Below are positions 8,151 through 15,358 of a stretch of 15,358 nt of DNA, piece after piece; position 1 is the first letter of the stretch; each line of letters starts with the position of its first letter. Origin of the DNA: Chitinivibrionales bacterium (GTDB lineage Bacteria; Fibrobacterota; Chitinivibrionia; Chitinivibrionales; WJKA01); the NCBI GenBank assembly GCA_038247415.1, contig JBBRUX010000067.1:1-15358 (forward strand), in the 5' to 3' direction. The translations under genes and the position numbers were made by a program. The notes under the pieces are model-generated. The model saw only the letters and a list, made by a program, of their open reading frames with translations, did no database searches and was not told the origin of the DNA.

Positions 8151-8201
8151 GTTCGCTTCGGTATTTCGGCGCTTCGCTTTATGCGCCGCTCGGTAGCGAA
8201 C
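8151..8201. repeat. GC-rich intergenic imperfect hairpin (REP-like)
   Basis: Outer arms GTTCGCT (8151-8157) / AGCGAAC (8195-8201) and inner arms CGGCGC (8167-8172) / GCGCCG (8183-8188). CGCTTCG occurs twice. It sits in an AT-rich divergent spacer. Confidence 0.5.
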
Positions 8202-8351
8202 GGCTCCACAACCGCACCCCAACTTTTTTTGATATCTTCATTAAGGTTACTTTGGCATGCTTACATATTATATTTTACTTTTTAAAGTGCATGATCCGTC
8301 ATGCCTCCTACTGCGTTTATTTTTTACTACTTATCTTTGCACGAGGTACCT

Positions 8352-8744
8352 ATGTCTGTCTCTGATGTCATAAAAACTGCGCTCGACCAAATGTCGATCA
8401 TTGCAAAAACCGAAACGGTGATTGGTGAGCCGATCATTGCGGGTGACGTCACACTCATTCCCGTTTCAAAAATTTCGGTTGGATTTGCAGCAGGCGGAGC
8501 CGGCCTAGAAGGAAAATCTGCATCGGGCACAGGAAGCGGCGGCGGAATAACAATTACCCCTGTAGCATTTATATCTATCACAAACGGGCATGTTCACGTA
8601 CATCCTGTCAATAAAGGTGAGCTTGACCTTGGTCGGCTTTTTGCAATAACGCCAGGACTTTTTAAAAAAGTGGCTGAATTTTTAGGGAAAAAAGGTGATA
8701 AGAAATCTTCCAATGAATCTGCTCATAATCCAGAAAATGTATAA
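8352..8744 (+). CDS. YtfJ/GerW family protein
   Basis: Start re-called at ATG 8352 after GAGG. Family motifs KTETVIGEPI...TLIPVSKISVGFAAGG...GSGGGITITPVAFI. Confidence 0.88.
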   Translation: MSVSDVIKTALDQMSIIAKTETVIGEPIIAGDVTLIPVSKISVGFAAGGAGLEGKSASGTGSGGGITITPVAFISITNGHVHVHPVNKGELDLGRLFAITPGLFKKVAEFLGKKGDKKSSNESAHNPENV

Positions 8745-8747
8745 TCC

Positions 8748-10283
8748 ATGACTACCCCTCCAGAAAGCCCCGCAGCTCTGTTTACCGATCCAACCTGCAT
8801 TTGGGTTGATCGTGATGCGGCGCTCACTGGGGAAGGCACCTTCGAATCTCCCTGCGCATCCATTGCCGATGCCCTATCACTTGCACGTCCCGGATCTACC
8901 ATCATGCTCAAGCAAGGAGATTATTCGGAAAATCTCAGTGTTCATATTTCGGGCGAACTTCAGTTTCCCCTTCGCATTACCGCTCATTCTCCACAAACAA
9001 CGCGCATTGTCAATAGCGAATGGTATTTCTACGATGCTTCCGACTGGATTGTCAGTAACCTTACCTTTGTTCAATCGACCCATCATGCCATTGCGTGCGT
9101 AGGAAACAACTCACGAAACAGTTTTGTTGAATGCCGATTTCTTGAATGCGGCGATAATGCCTCATCTGCTGCTACACTTTTTTTTGCAGGGTCTGCGGCA
9201 ACCAGTATCATGATTGACAGATGTACCTTTGCCCGATCTGGCTCCCCCAAAAAGCAAACACATGGCCCCATCGATAAAAATATTGCCGTCCTCATTTCCG
9301 ATGGTGGAAGTGGCAATGATCCTAATACGCATTGGATTATCCGGAATTCATCGTTTCAGGGCTATGACCACGCAATTGTAGCAGGCAGCAGCGATATCGT
9401 CGATGGTGAATTCGGCCATATTATCCATAATAATTTCTTTTCTAAAATCTATCTCGATGCCATCATCGCAAAATGTGGTGACACAACCATTGTGCAAAAT
9501 ACGTTTACCGATTGCGCAGAAACGGCAATTACGATTACTGCAGCGCTAGCGTGCACCATTGCCGAAAATAAATTTTTAGAATGCAAACATGGGGTTTCTG
9601 TATTTGGCCAAGGACACTCTCTTGCAAACAATGCTTTTATACGGTGTACTATGGCACCAATCTCATTACCACAACCAGAATCGCCTTTTGTTAAACCTGC
9701 ATGCAACGTCCTTATCGAGCACAATACGTTTATAGCATGCGGAACATTAGAAACTCCTGCAGTGTGCGGTATACACGCAGCGCGCCCGGCATCTGCCATT
9801 ATCAGCGACAATATTATCGTTGGAAATGGACTCCCCTTTTACCTCACGCCAGATGCAACCGGGGTATCGGAATCAAAAAAGGTCAAACATATTTTTATTA
9901 TGGATAACCGCATCGATGGCGGGTGCTTGGAACAGGAAGGATTTACTTCTTTACCCACCTCGTTTCAACATAGTGCCGAAAATAATTTTGAGCATCCCGA
10001 TTTAGTTGGCGCCCACGGATTTTCTGTAGATCCTGCGTGGGCTCCAGAACCCGAGGCAGAAAAAATGCCCGAAATCGAAGATGACGAAGCGGGAATTCTC
10101 GGCGACATAGAAGCATTGGAAAGCGAGCACGCACAAGAATTTGCCGCAGGCACCGAAGACGACGATTCTGACGATTACGATACCGATACGTTGCTGGCCA
10201 AGTCGCTCATGCTCGTTGGTGAAGACCCCGAAAATTCCGAAGAAGAGCTTCTCGAAGAATCTCCAGAAAACCCCGAAGTTTAA
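8748..10283 (+). CDS. Right-handed parallel beta-helix (pectin-lyase fold) protein with acidic C-terminal tail; no signal peptide
   Basis: N-terminal WVD...GEGTFESPCASIADALSLARPGSTIMLKQGDY and PbH1-like repeats (IHNNFF, IVQNTF, IAENKF, LANNAF, IEHNTF, ISDNII). The last ~80 aa are D/E-rich. Confidence 0.8.
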   Translation: MTTPPESPAALFTDPTCIWVDRDAALTGEGTFESPCASIADALSLARPGSTIMLKQGDYSENLSVHISGELQFPLRITAHSPQTTRIVNSEWYFYDASDWIVSNLTFVQSTHHAIACVGNNSRNSFVECRFLECGDNASSAATLFFAGSAATSIMIDRCTFARSGSPKKQTHGPIDKNIAVLISDGGSGNDPNTHWIIRNSSFQGYDHAIVAGSSDIVDGEFGHIIHNNFFSKIYLDAIIAKCGDTTIVQNTFTDCAETAITITAALACTIAENKFLECKHGVSVFGQGHSLANNAFIRCTMAPISLPQPESPFVKPACNVLIEHNTFIACGTLETPAVCGIHAARPASAIISDNIIVGNGLPFYLTPDATGVSESKKVKHIFIMDNRIDGGCLEQEGFTSLPTSFQHSAENNFEHPDLVGAHGFSVDPAWAPEPEAEKMPEIEDDEAGILGDIEALESEHAQEFAAGTEDDDSDDYDTDTLLAKSLMLVGEDPENSEEELLEESPENPEV

Positions 10284-11899
10284 AGTTGTGGGTCACGAAG
10301 CTTTCGATACAGCGTAGCTTCACTGATTCCCAGAATACGAGCCGCCTTGCGACGATTTCCCTCTGTTTGAACCAATACTTCATTTATATGATTCCGATTC
10401 TGTGTTTTAATGGTAGTAATCGATTGAACCATTTCTTTCGGTTGATAGCCAACAAATGCCGTAGTGGAAGGCAACAGATCGGGTGTTATAAGTCCTTGCG
10501 AACAAAGAATGGCAGCCTGTTCTAAACAATTTTCTAATTCGCGCACATTCCCCGGCCACGGATACTTGCGTAAAATATCAAGAGCTGCTGGCGCAAAACG
10601 TAAATCGGCAACACCAAGCCGTTTGCCAAACTCTACTAAAAAATAACGCGCCAGTGGGATAATATCATCTTGACGTTCTCGTAATGTCGGAATGTGTATA
10701 CTGATAACGCGCAATCGGTAAAGAAGATCTTCTCGAAAAAGTTTCTTTTCAACTAAGATTGGTAAATCCTGGTGCGTTGCAGATATCACCCGCACATCAA
10801 TTTTCTGAGATGTGGCTTCACCCAGTGGTTTAATTTCTTTAGTCTGAAGAACCCTCAAAAGCTTCGATTGCAACGCCGGGGAAATATCGCCAATTTCATC
10901 AAGGAAAATAGTTCCCTGCGCAGCAGCTTCAAAAAGCCCCGTGCTATTTTTTGTTGCACCAGTAAATGCGCCAGCCCTATACCCAAAGAGTTCGCTTTCG
11001 AGCAATGTTTCGGGCAATGCTGTACAATTAACCACAATAAAAGGGCCTTGCGCCCGTGATGATGACGCATGAATATATCGCGCAAGAACTTCTTTGCCAC
11101 ACCCAGTTTCCCCGGTTATAAGAATTGTGGAATCGAAGGGAGCTACCCGATGCGCAAGCTCGCACACATTTGCAAATGCCTTACTGCGCACATGCACGCC
11201 AAAATAAGATGTCCGCTCCGGCAAGATCAGCTGCATCTGCTCGCGATGCAAGACTTCATCCTGGTCATATTTGATACTTTGAGAAATAGTTTGAATGCGC
11301 GTGGTAATATCGCTACTGTCAAGATATAAGAAAGCCGAAGGAAGAGCAGCTCCATACGAATCAATATCCTGTCCAGTAAACACGCACTGCGCTCCTCCCA
11401 AAATGCTGCAGTGTATTTCTGTAAAGATAACGCTTTTTTCCAGACAAAACGAGAGATACCCACTTATATACCCACATAAAACCCAGCAGGCACTCCCTTT
11501 AAGAGCAAGCTTCTCGGCAAGGGATTCAAAAACCTCTGCGCTTTTCTGCACGGATACGGTTGCACGTATGCGATTTTTGGTCTCTATTAATTCCTCTATA
11601 GTTAGTACGCACGCTCCAAGTCCTGCCATAGAAGCAAGTTTAGGACAGGCCATGATCCACTCCGTGAGTGAATCCCAGGAATAAAGACGTTTCATGGCAG
11701 CTGCATCTGCTTGACCCCAAAAAAAACCTTTGCGCGTTAATATCCTTTGAGCCAAATCTACACCCAGCGTCCCCACAAGATCTTTTCTAAACAAGGCAAG
11801 CGCAGACAAATCGTGCAAAACCAGCCGTCGTCCTTGCAGCTCTATTAAACCATTTCCAAAAGTAATCAGTTCGCTTTTTTCTAAGTCATTAGCTCTCAT
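10280..11899 (-). CDS. Sigma54-dependent transcriptional activator, XylR/DmpR-like (XylR_N + V4R + AAA+ + Fis HTH)
   Basis: GRRLVL...FRKDLV and a V4R-type C/E/C/C pattern (ACWVLCGY, EIHC, AQCVF). Walker A GETGCGKE, ESELFG, GAFTGA, Walker B FLDEIG, WPGNVREL, and HTH AARILGISEATLYRKL. Confidence 0.95.
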   Translation of the reverse strand: MRANDLEKSELITFGNGLIELQGRRLVLHDLSALALFRKDLVGTLGVDLAQRILTRKGFFWGQADAAAMKRLYSWDSLTEWIMACPKLASMAGLGACVLTIEELIETKNRIRATVSVQKSAEVFESLAEKLALKGSACWVLCGYISGYLSFCLEKSVIFTEIHCSILGGAQCVFTGQDIDSYGAALPSAFLYLDSSDITTRIQTISQSIKYDQDEVLHREQMQLILPERTSYFGVHVRSKAFANVCELAHRVAPFDSTILITGETGCGKEVLARYIHASSSRAQGPFIVVNCTALPETLLESELFGYRAGAFTGATKNSTGLFEAAAQGTIFLDEIGDISPALQSKLLRVLQTKEIKPLGEATSQKIDVRVISATHQDLPILVEKKLFREDLLYRLRVISIHIPTLRERQDDIIPLARYFLVEFGKRLGVADLRFAPAALDILRKYPWPGNVRELENCLEQAAILCSQGLITPDLLPSTTAFVGYQPKEMVQSITTIKTQNRNHINEVLVQTEGNRRKAARILGISEATLYRKLRDPQL

Positions 11900-11904
11900 T
11901 TACT

Positions 11905-11949
11905 CTCTCACTTTGATAGGTGTCTATAATATTGATAGACTATTGATAG
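11905..11949. promoter_or_regulatory. Tandem palindromic upstream activating sequences (CTATCA-N3-TGATAG-like)
   Basis: CTCTCA-ctt-TGATAG at 11905-11919, CTATAA-tat-TGATAG at 11924-11938 (within the longer palindrome GTCTAT..ATAGAC), and an extra half-site TGATAG at 11944-11949. Confidence 0.6.
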
Positions 11950-12043
11950 AATATACATCAAATACTTATCTGTTTTGTGCTTTTATAGTCCTTAAAAATG
12001 GCAAAAAACACCAAATACCCTCTATCAGCCACAATTGAAGATG

Positions 12044-12060
12044 TGGCATCATATTTGTAA
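12044..12060 (+). promoter_or_regulatory. Putative sigma54 -24/-12 promoter
   Basis: TGGCATC-ATAT-TTGTAA has GG-N10-GT, versus the consensus TGGCACG-N4-TTGC. It is divergent from a sigma54 activator and about 46 nt upstream of ORF 12107. Confidence 0.62.
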
Positions 12061-12106
12061 TGTATAGAATAAGGACTTCATCTTAAAACTTATTCTAGGG
12101 GGCACT

Positions 12107-12709
12107 ATGAACCAACTTCATTTTAGAGAATACTTCAACGAAGCAGAACGCATGCTCTTGCCTGTCCAAGACTCCATAGATTCCTTAAGCGGCGAAACAA
12201 TCGATCTTGAACTCGCGCCAGCAACACGCATTCAAGGCAAACGACTTCTTGCGGCGGCTCAAAGCGCTTATGACATGTGGCTTGAATCCGAACAAATCAA
12301 AATGAAAGCAGCTATTACTTCATGGGAAATTCACAGGAGTGTTGTTGCCAGCATTTCTGAAATTTGTCTGATCATTCGTACTGCTCCAGAAAAATGTTCA
12401 CGCGAGCTCCACAGATTAATACTCTGTATAGGCGAGGAGGTTGGTTTCTTTAAAAGGATCGACGCCATTTATACGGTTCTTAAAAATTCACCTCCACTTT
12501 GTGAACTTTTAGCGAGGGCACATATCTCACAAGAAATGCTTTTTCAAAACGAAGAAAATCTGATACGGGCAATGCAAGCAGATTACGCCGCTGAAGTCGC
12601 CGAAAATCAAGTAATGCTTACGGCAGCCGAAGCCAAGGAATTGTGTATTCGTCTTTGTTCATGGATCGATGCAATCGCGGAACGTATGCCGCTTTCAACT
12701 GCTTTTTAA
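12107..12709 (+). CDS. Hypothetical, predicted alpha-helical cytoplasmic protein
   Basis: 200-aa ORF with a G-rich SD (AGGGGG), rich in A/E/L, filling the space between the sigma54-type promoter and the esterase. No family recognised. Confidence 0.75.
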   Translation: MNQLHFREYFNEAERMLLPVQDSIDSLSGETIDLELAPATRIQGKRLLAAAQSAYDMWLESEQIKMKAAITSWEIHRSVVASISEICLIIRTAPEKCSRELHRLILCIGEEVGFFKRIDAIYTVLKNSPPLCELLARAHISQEMLFQNEENLIRAMQADYAAEVAENQVMLTAAEAKELCIRLCSWIDAIAERMPLSTAF

Positions 12710-12781
12710 TAACAAGCAAGCAAAGAAGTAACCAGATACATCCATACACATCAATCATCAGATTCAATTGAGGAGCGCATC

Positions 12782-13744
12782 ATGCCACTAACAACAGATT
12801 TATCTCGCGGTGAACTTGTAACCTACCAGGGAAGAAATCCACGTCCACAAGATTTCGAGGCTTTCTGGACAGATGCAATAAGCGCAGCACAAGCGTTTAA
12901 ACCAGAAATAGTCTTTAAACCCGCATATTTTCAAACACCTTTTGCGCAATGCTTCGATATGACCTATACAAGTCTTGACAATTCAAAAATTCATGCCAAA
13001 GTCCTCCACCCAATAAACGCGCCATCTCAACATCCTGCCATCATTATGTTTCATGGTCTAGGATGGTATAGTGGGGATTGGAGCAGCAAGCTAGCCTATG
13101 TTGCGCAAGGGTTTTCTGTTATTGCAATGGATTGCAGAGGCCAAGGCATAGGAAGTGGAGACACCTCTGATTCTTGCGAAGATACGATTCTTGGACATGT
13201 CGTGCGGGGTTTACGCAGTGGTCCGCATGCAATGCTTTACAAAAAAATGTTCATAGATGCATTGATTCTATCCTATTGCGTTATGGATATGCCCGGTATA
13301 GATCCAAATCGTATTGGCGTTACGGGAATGAGCCAAGGAGGTGCATTAACCCTTGTGTGTGCTGCGCTCAATCCTAAAATTGCTCGGGTGGCACCAGTAT
13401 TCCCCTTTCTGTGCGATTTTAAGCGAGCCTGGGAAATTGGCAATGCTGCCGAATGCTATACCGAAATTCACAATTACTTTCGTAAATACGATCCTCTTCA
13501 TGAGTTCGAGGACTCTTTCTTTGAAACTCTTGGATACATTGATGTTCAATTCTTTTGCCCAAGGATTGCTGGAAGCGTGCTTGCAGGGTGTGGCCTTATG
13601 GATACGACATGCCCTCCGTCAACACAATTTGCCGCTTTTAACAAAATTGTTGCACCCAAAGAAATACTTCTCTACCCAGAATATAAGCACGAAGAATTGA
13701 TAGGGCACAACGACAAAATTTTTGAGTTTTTGTCGAAACTTTGA
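12782..13744 (+). CDS. Acetyl xylan esterase / cephalosporin-C deacetylase (CE7, AXE1 family alpha/beta hydrolase)
   Basis: RPQDFEAFW, FHG, the CE7 motifs RGQ (DCRGQG) and GxSQG (GMSQGG), catalytic Asp in GLMDTTCPPSTQFAAFN, and His in KHE. SD GAGGAG. Confidence 0.95.
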   Translation: MPLTTDLSRGELVTYQGRNPRPQDFEAFWTDAISAAQAFKPEIVFKPAYFQTPFAQCFDMTYTSLDNSKIHAKVLHPINAPSQHPAIIMFHGLGWYSGDWSSKLAYVAQGFSVIAMDCRGQGIGSGDTSDSCEDTILGHVVRGLRSGPHAMLYKKMFIDALILSYCVMDMPGIDPNRIGVTGMSQGGALTLVCAALNPKIARVAPVFPFLCDFKRAWEIGNAAECYTEIHNYFRKYDPLHEFEDSFFETLGYIDVQFFCPRIAGSVLAGCGLMDTTCPPSTQFAAFNKIVAPKEILLYPEYKHEELIGHNDKIFEFLSKL

Positions 13745-13955
13745 AGTGAGGGATATTTACATTTATGCCTAACACTTGTCATTTTTCGGTGACTGCGACC
13801 CCTGCGATGATGTTGGATATTGCAATCAACCAGGTGTTGGATGGGCTTTCCGAAATCTGTTTTCAGAAGCCTCCTTTAATTATTTTAAAACTTATAAGTT
13901 GGCATGCCATTTTCAAGATTATCAAAGAATCTACAAGATTTTCAGGGAGCATACA

Positions 13956-14171
13956 ATGAATATCACACTACCACTAGCAGAGATGACTACCCCGGAAAAG
14001 CTTAGAACGATGGAAGCTCTCTGGGAAAATTTAAGTTTAAATAGTGACGAACTTATTGCGCCTCCTTGGCATGGGGAGATTTTAGCTGAAAGAGATCGCC
14101 GAATTGAGGACGGCACTGAAAAGGTTATCGATTGGAATAAAGCTAAAAAGCATATTCGAGAATCAATCTAA
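13956..14171 (+). CDS. Addiction module antitoxin component (Unstab_antitox-like)
   Basis: Start re-called at ATG 13956 after GGGAG. 71 aa: MTTPEKLRTMEALWENL...PPWHGEILAERDRRIEDG...IDWNKAKKHIR. Its stop overlaps the toxin start (TAATG). Confidence 0.88.
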   Translation: MNITLPLAEMTTPEKLRTMEALWENLSLNSDELIAPPWHGEILAERDRRIEDGTEKVIDWNKAKKHIRESI

Positions 14172-14461
14172 TGCAAATAAAGATTCTTGACTCAGCGACA
14201 AAGGATTTATTGCATGGTTTTCGATTCTATGAGCAACACGGCATTGATCTTGGTAATTAATTTCTTGATTCCCTCTTATCTGACATTGATTCGCTTATGA
14301 TTTCTGCCGGCATTCACAGTGTCTTTTTTAACAAGCATCGTTTACTTTCAAAACGCTTTCCTTTTGCTATCTACTATACAATTCGAGATGAAATCATTCT
14401 TGTTCATGCCGTTTTGGATTGTCGTCAAAACCCGAAGAATTTCTTAAAAAGAATGCAGTAG
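14171..14461 (+). pseudogene. RelE/ParE family toxin with in-frame TAA at codon 30
   Basis: Hand translation MQIKILDSATKDLLHGFRFYEQHGIDLGN*FLDSLLSDIDSL...HRLLSKRFPFAIYY...VHAVLDCRQNP. The stop is at 14258-14260 and the frame is otherwise intact. Confidence 0.88.
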
Positions 14462-14658
14462 CAATAAATTTTGTCTTTTTCACGACGTTTAGATTCTCCT
14501 CTATGAAAGGTAGTCTAGGCATTTTTTTGCGATTTTTTAGACTTGAATTGGTAAAGGAGGAGGCAATCTTGAACAAGAATATTTTTGGATGAAGGATTAT
14601 TGAGCGGTTTTGGTGTTTTTAAGATGTTGTGCATAAAGTAAAGGAATTACGAGCTGCA

Positions 14659-14958
14659 TTAAGTAATTTCATCTGGATCTAGAAGCACTTTTGCATGAAC
14701 AATACCGATAATCGCAATTTTTTCTTCATTGAGAATTTTATAGAGTATTCGATAACTGAAAACTTTGAGTTCCCTATAAATATCTTCTCACATTTCAGGT
14801 GTCCTTTGTCCAATGCGGATATGAAATTTTAAGCGCTGTGTTTCACGGGTAATGAGCTGTATAACACGTTTTGCCTGAAATGGCGAATCCTTTTCGATAT
14901 ATTCACCGATTTGGTGCAAGTGTTCGTATGCTCGAGTAGCCCACATTACTTCAGCCAT
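14659..14958 (-). pseudogene. RelE/ParE family toxin with in-frame TGA at codon 57
   Basis: Hand translation MAEVMWATRAYEHLHQIGEYIEKDSPFQAKRV...IGQRTPEM*EDIYRELKVFSYRILYKI...IAIIGIVHAK. The stop is at 14788-14790. The gene overlaps the antitoxin by 13 nt. Confidence 0.88.
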
Positions 14959-15128
14959 TGTGCCAAACCATCCTGCACTTGTAATTCGCTCATTACCTTT
15001 CCTTCCGCAATATCCTTTTCCCCTTTTTCAATACATTCTAGAACATAGAGTTGATATTGAATATCATCGAAGGTGGCTTCTTCTGACAAGTTTGATATGA
15101 CTTTTTGTGCCATTGATTTTACTGTCAT
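14946..15128 (-). CDS. Small antitoxin partner of RelE/ParE toxin
   Basis: Start re-called at ATG 15128 (SD AAGGAG). 60 aa: MTVKSMAQKVISNLSEEATFDDIQYQLYVLECIEKGEKDIAEGKVMS. It lies immediately upstream of and overlaps the toxin. Confidence 0.85.
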   Translation of the reverse strand: MTVKSMAQKVISNLSEEATFDDIQYQLYVLECIEKGEKDIAEGKVMSELQVQDGLAQWLK

Positions 15129-15358
15129 TTCAAGCTCCTTTAAATCTGGTTTTGTTCGGGGTAACTTCATTTTCTATATCTAAAAATAGCTCATGGAACC
15201 CACGCCTTGGATATCGGCGACTTGAAAATCATTGTCACAGAGTAATTTAGCTCCTATCGAGAACGGTCAGGGCCTTTTATTTTTGATAATGCGAAGCTGC
15301 GCAGCGCGCCTATCTCTAATAATAACCTACAAAAAAATTCAAACACGGCCGACCGGCA

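Noticed and set aside
10280..11899. Sigma54 activator as a VasH-like T6SS regulator
   Set aside because: No GG-N10-GC motif was found upstream of tssA, tssB or hcp (the tssB candidate has 14-nt spacing). The enhancer and -24/-12 site point to the esterase operon instead.
13899..13916. Sigma54-like TTGGCATGCCATTTTCAA upstream of TA module 1
   Set aside because: It lacks the conserved G of the -12 element, and no enhancer is evident.
13776..13955. N-terminal extension of the antitoxin ORF in the ORF track
   Set aside because: Family similarity and SD support a start at 13956. The extension has no recognisable content.
14553..14592. Strong SD AAAGGAGGAGG followed by TTG
   Set aside because: It opens only a 7-codon ORF, at most a gene remnant, so it cannot be supported as a feature.
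14171..14958. Genetic-code reassignment explaining the toxin in-frame stops
   Set aside because: The two stops differ (TAA and TGA), and both codons terminate normal genes in this window.

Overview
Bacterial genomic window, tentatively Fibrobacterota-like; this is inferred only from lipoprotein style and was not checked. The left half, on the minus strand, holds a compact type VI secretion system tail module, tssA-tssB-tssC-hcp (8011->3608), with no baseplate, membrane-complex, vgrG or clpV genes in the window. It is followed by three envelope genes: a lamin-tail-domain lipoprotein, an exported beta-helix protein, and an Ig-like tandem-repeat lipoprotein that runs off the left edge and is missing from the ORF track. 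hcp is bracketed by two intrinsic terminators and preceded by a perfect CRP-type box in exact class II geometry. The centre holds a YtfJ/GerW-family gene plus a beta-helix protein with an acidic tail. Next comes a XylR/V4R sigma54 activator, divergent from a sigma54-type promoter with tandem palindromic enhancer sites, upstream of a hypothetical gene and a CE7 acetyl xylan esterase. The right end has two convergent type II toxin-antitoxin modules in which both RelE/ParE toxins carry a single in-frame stop while both antitoxins are intact.
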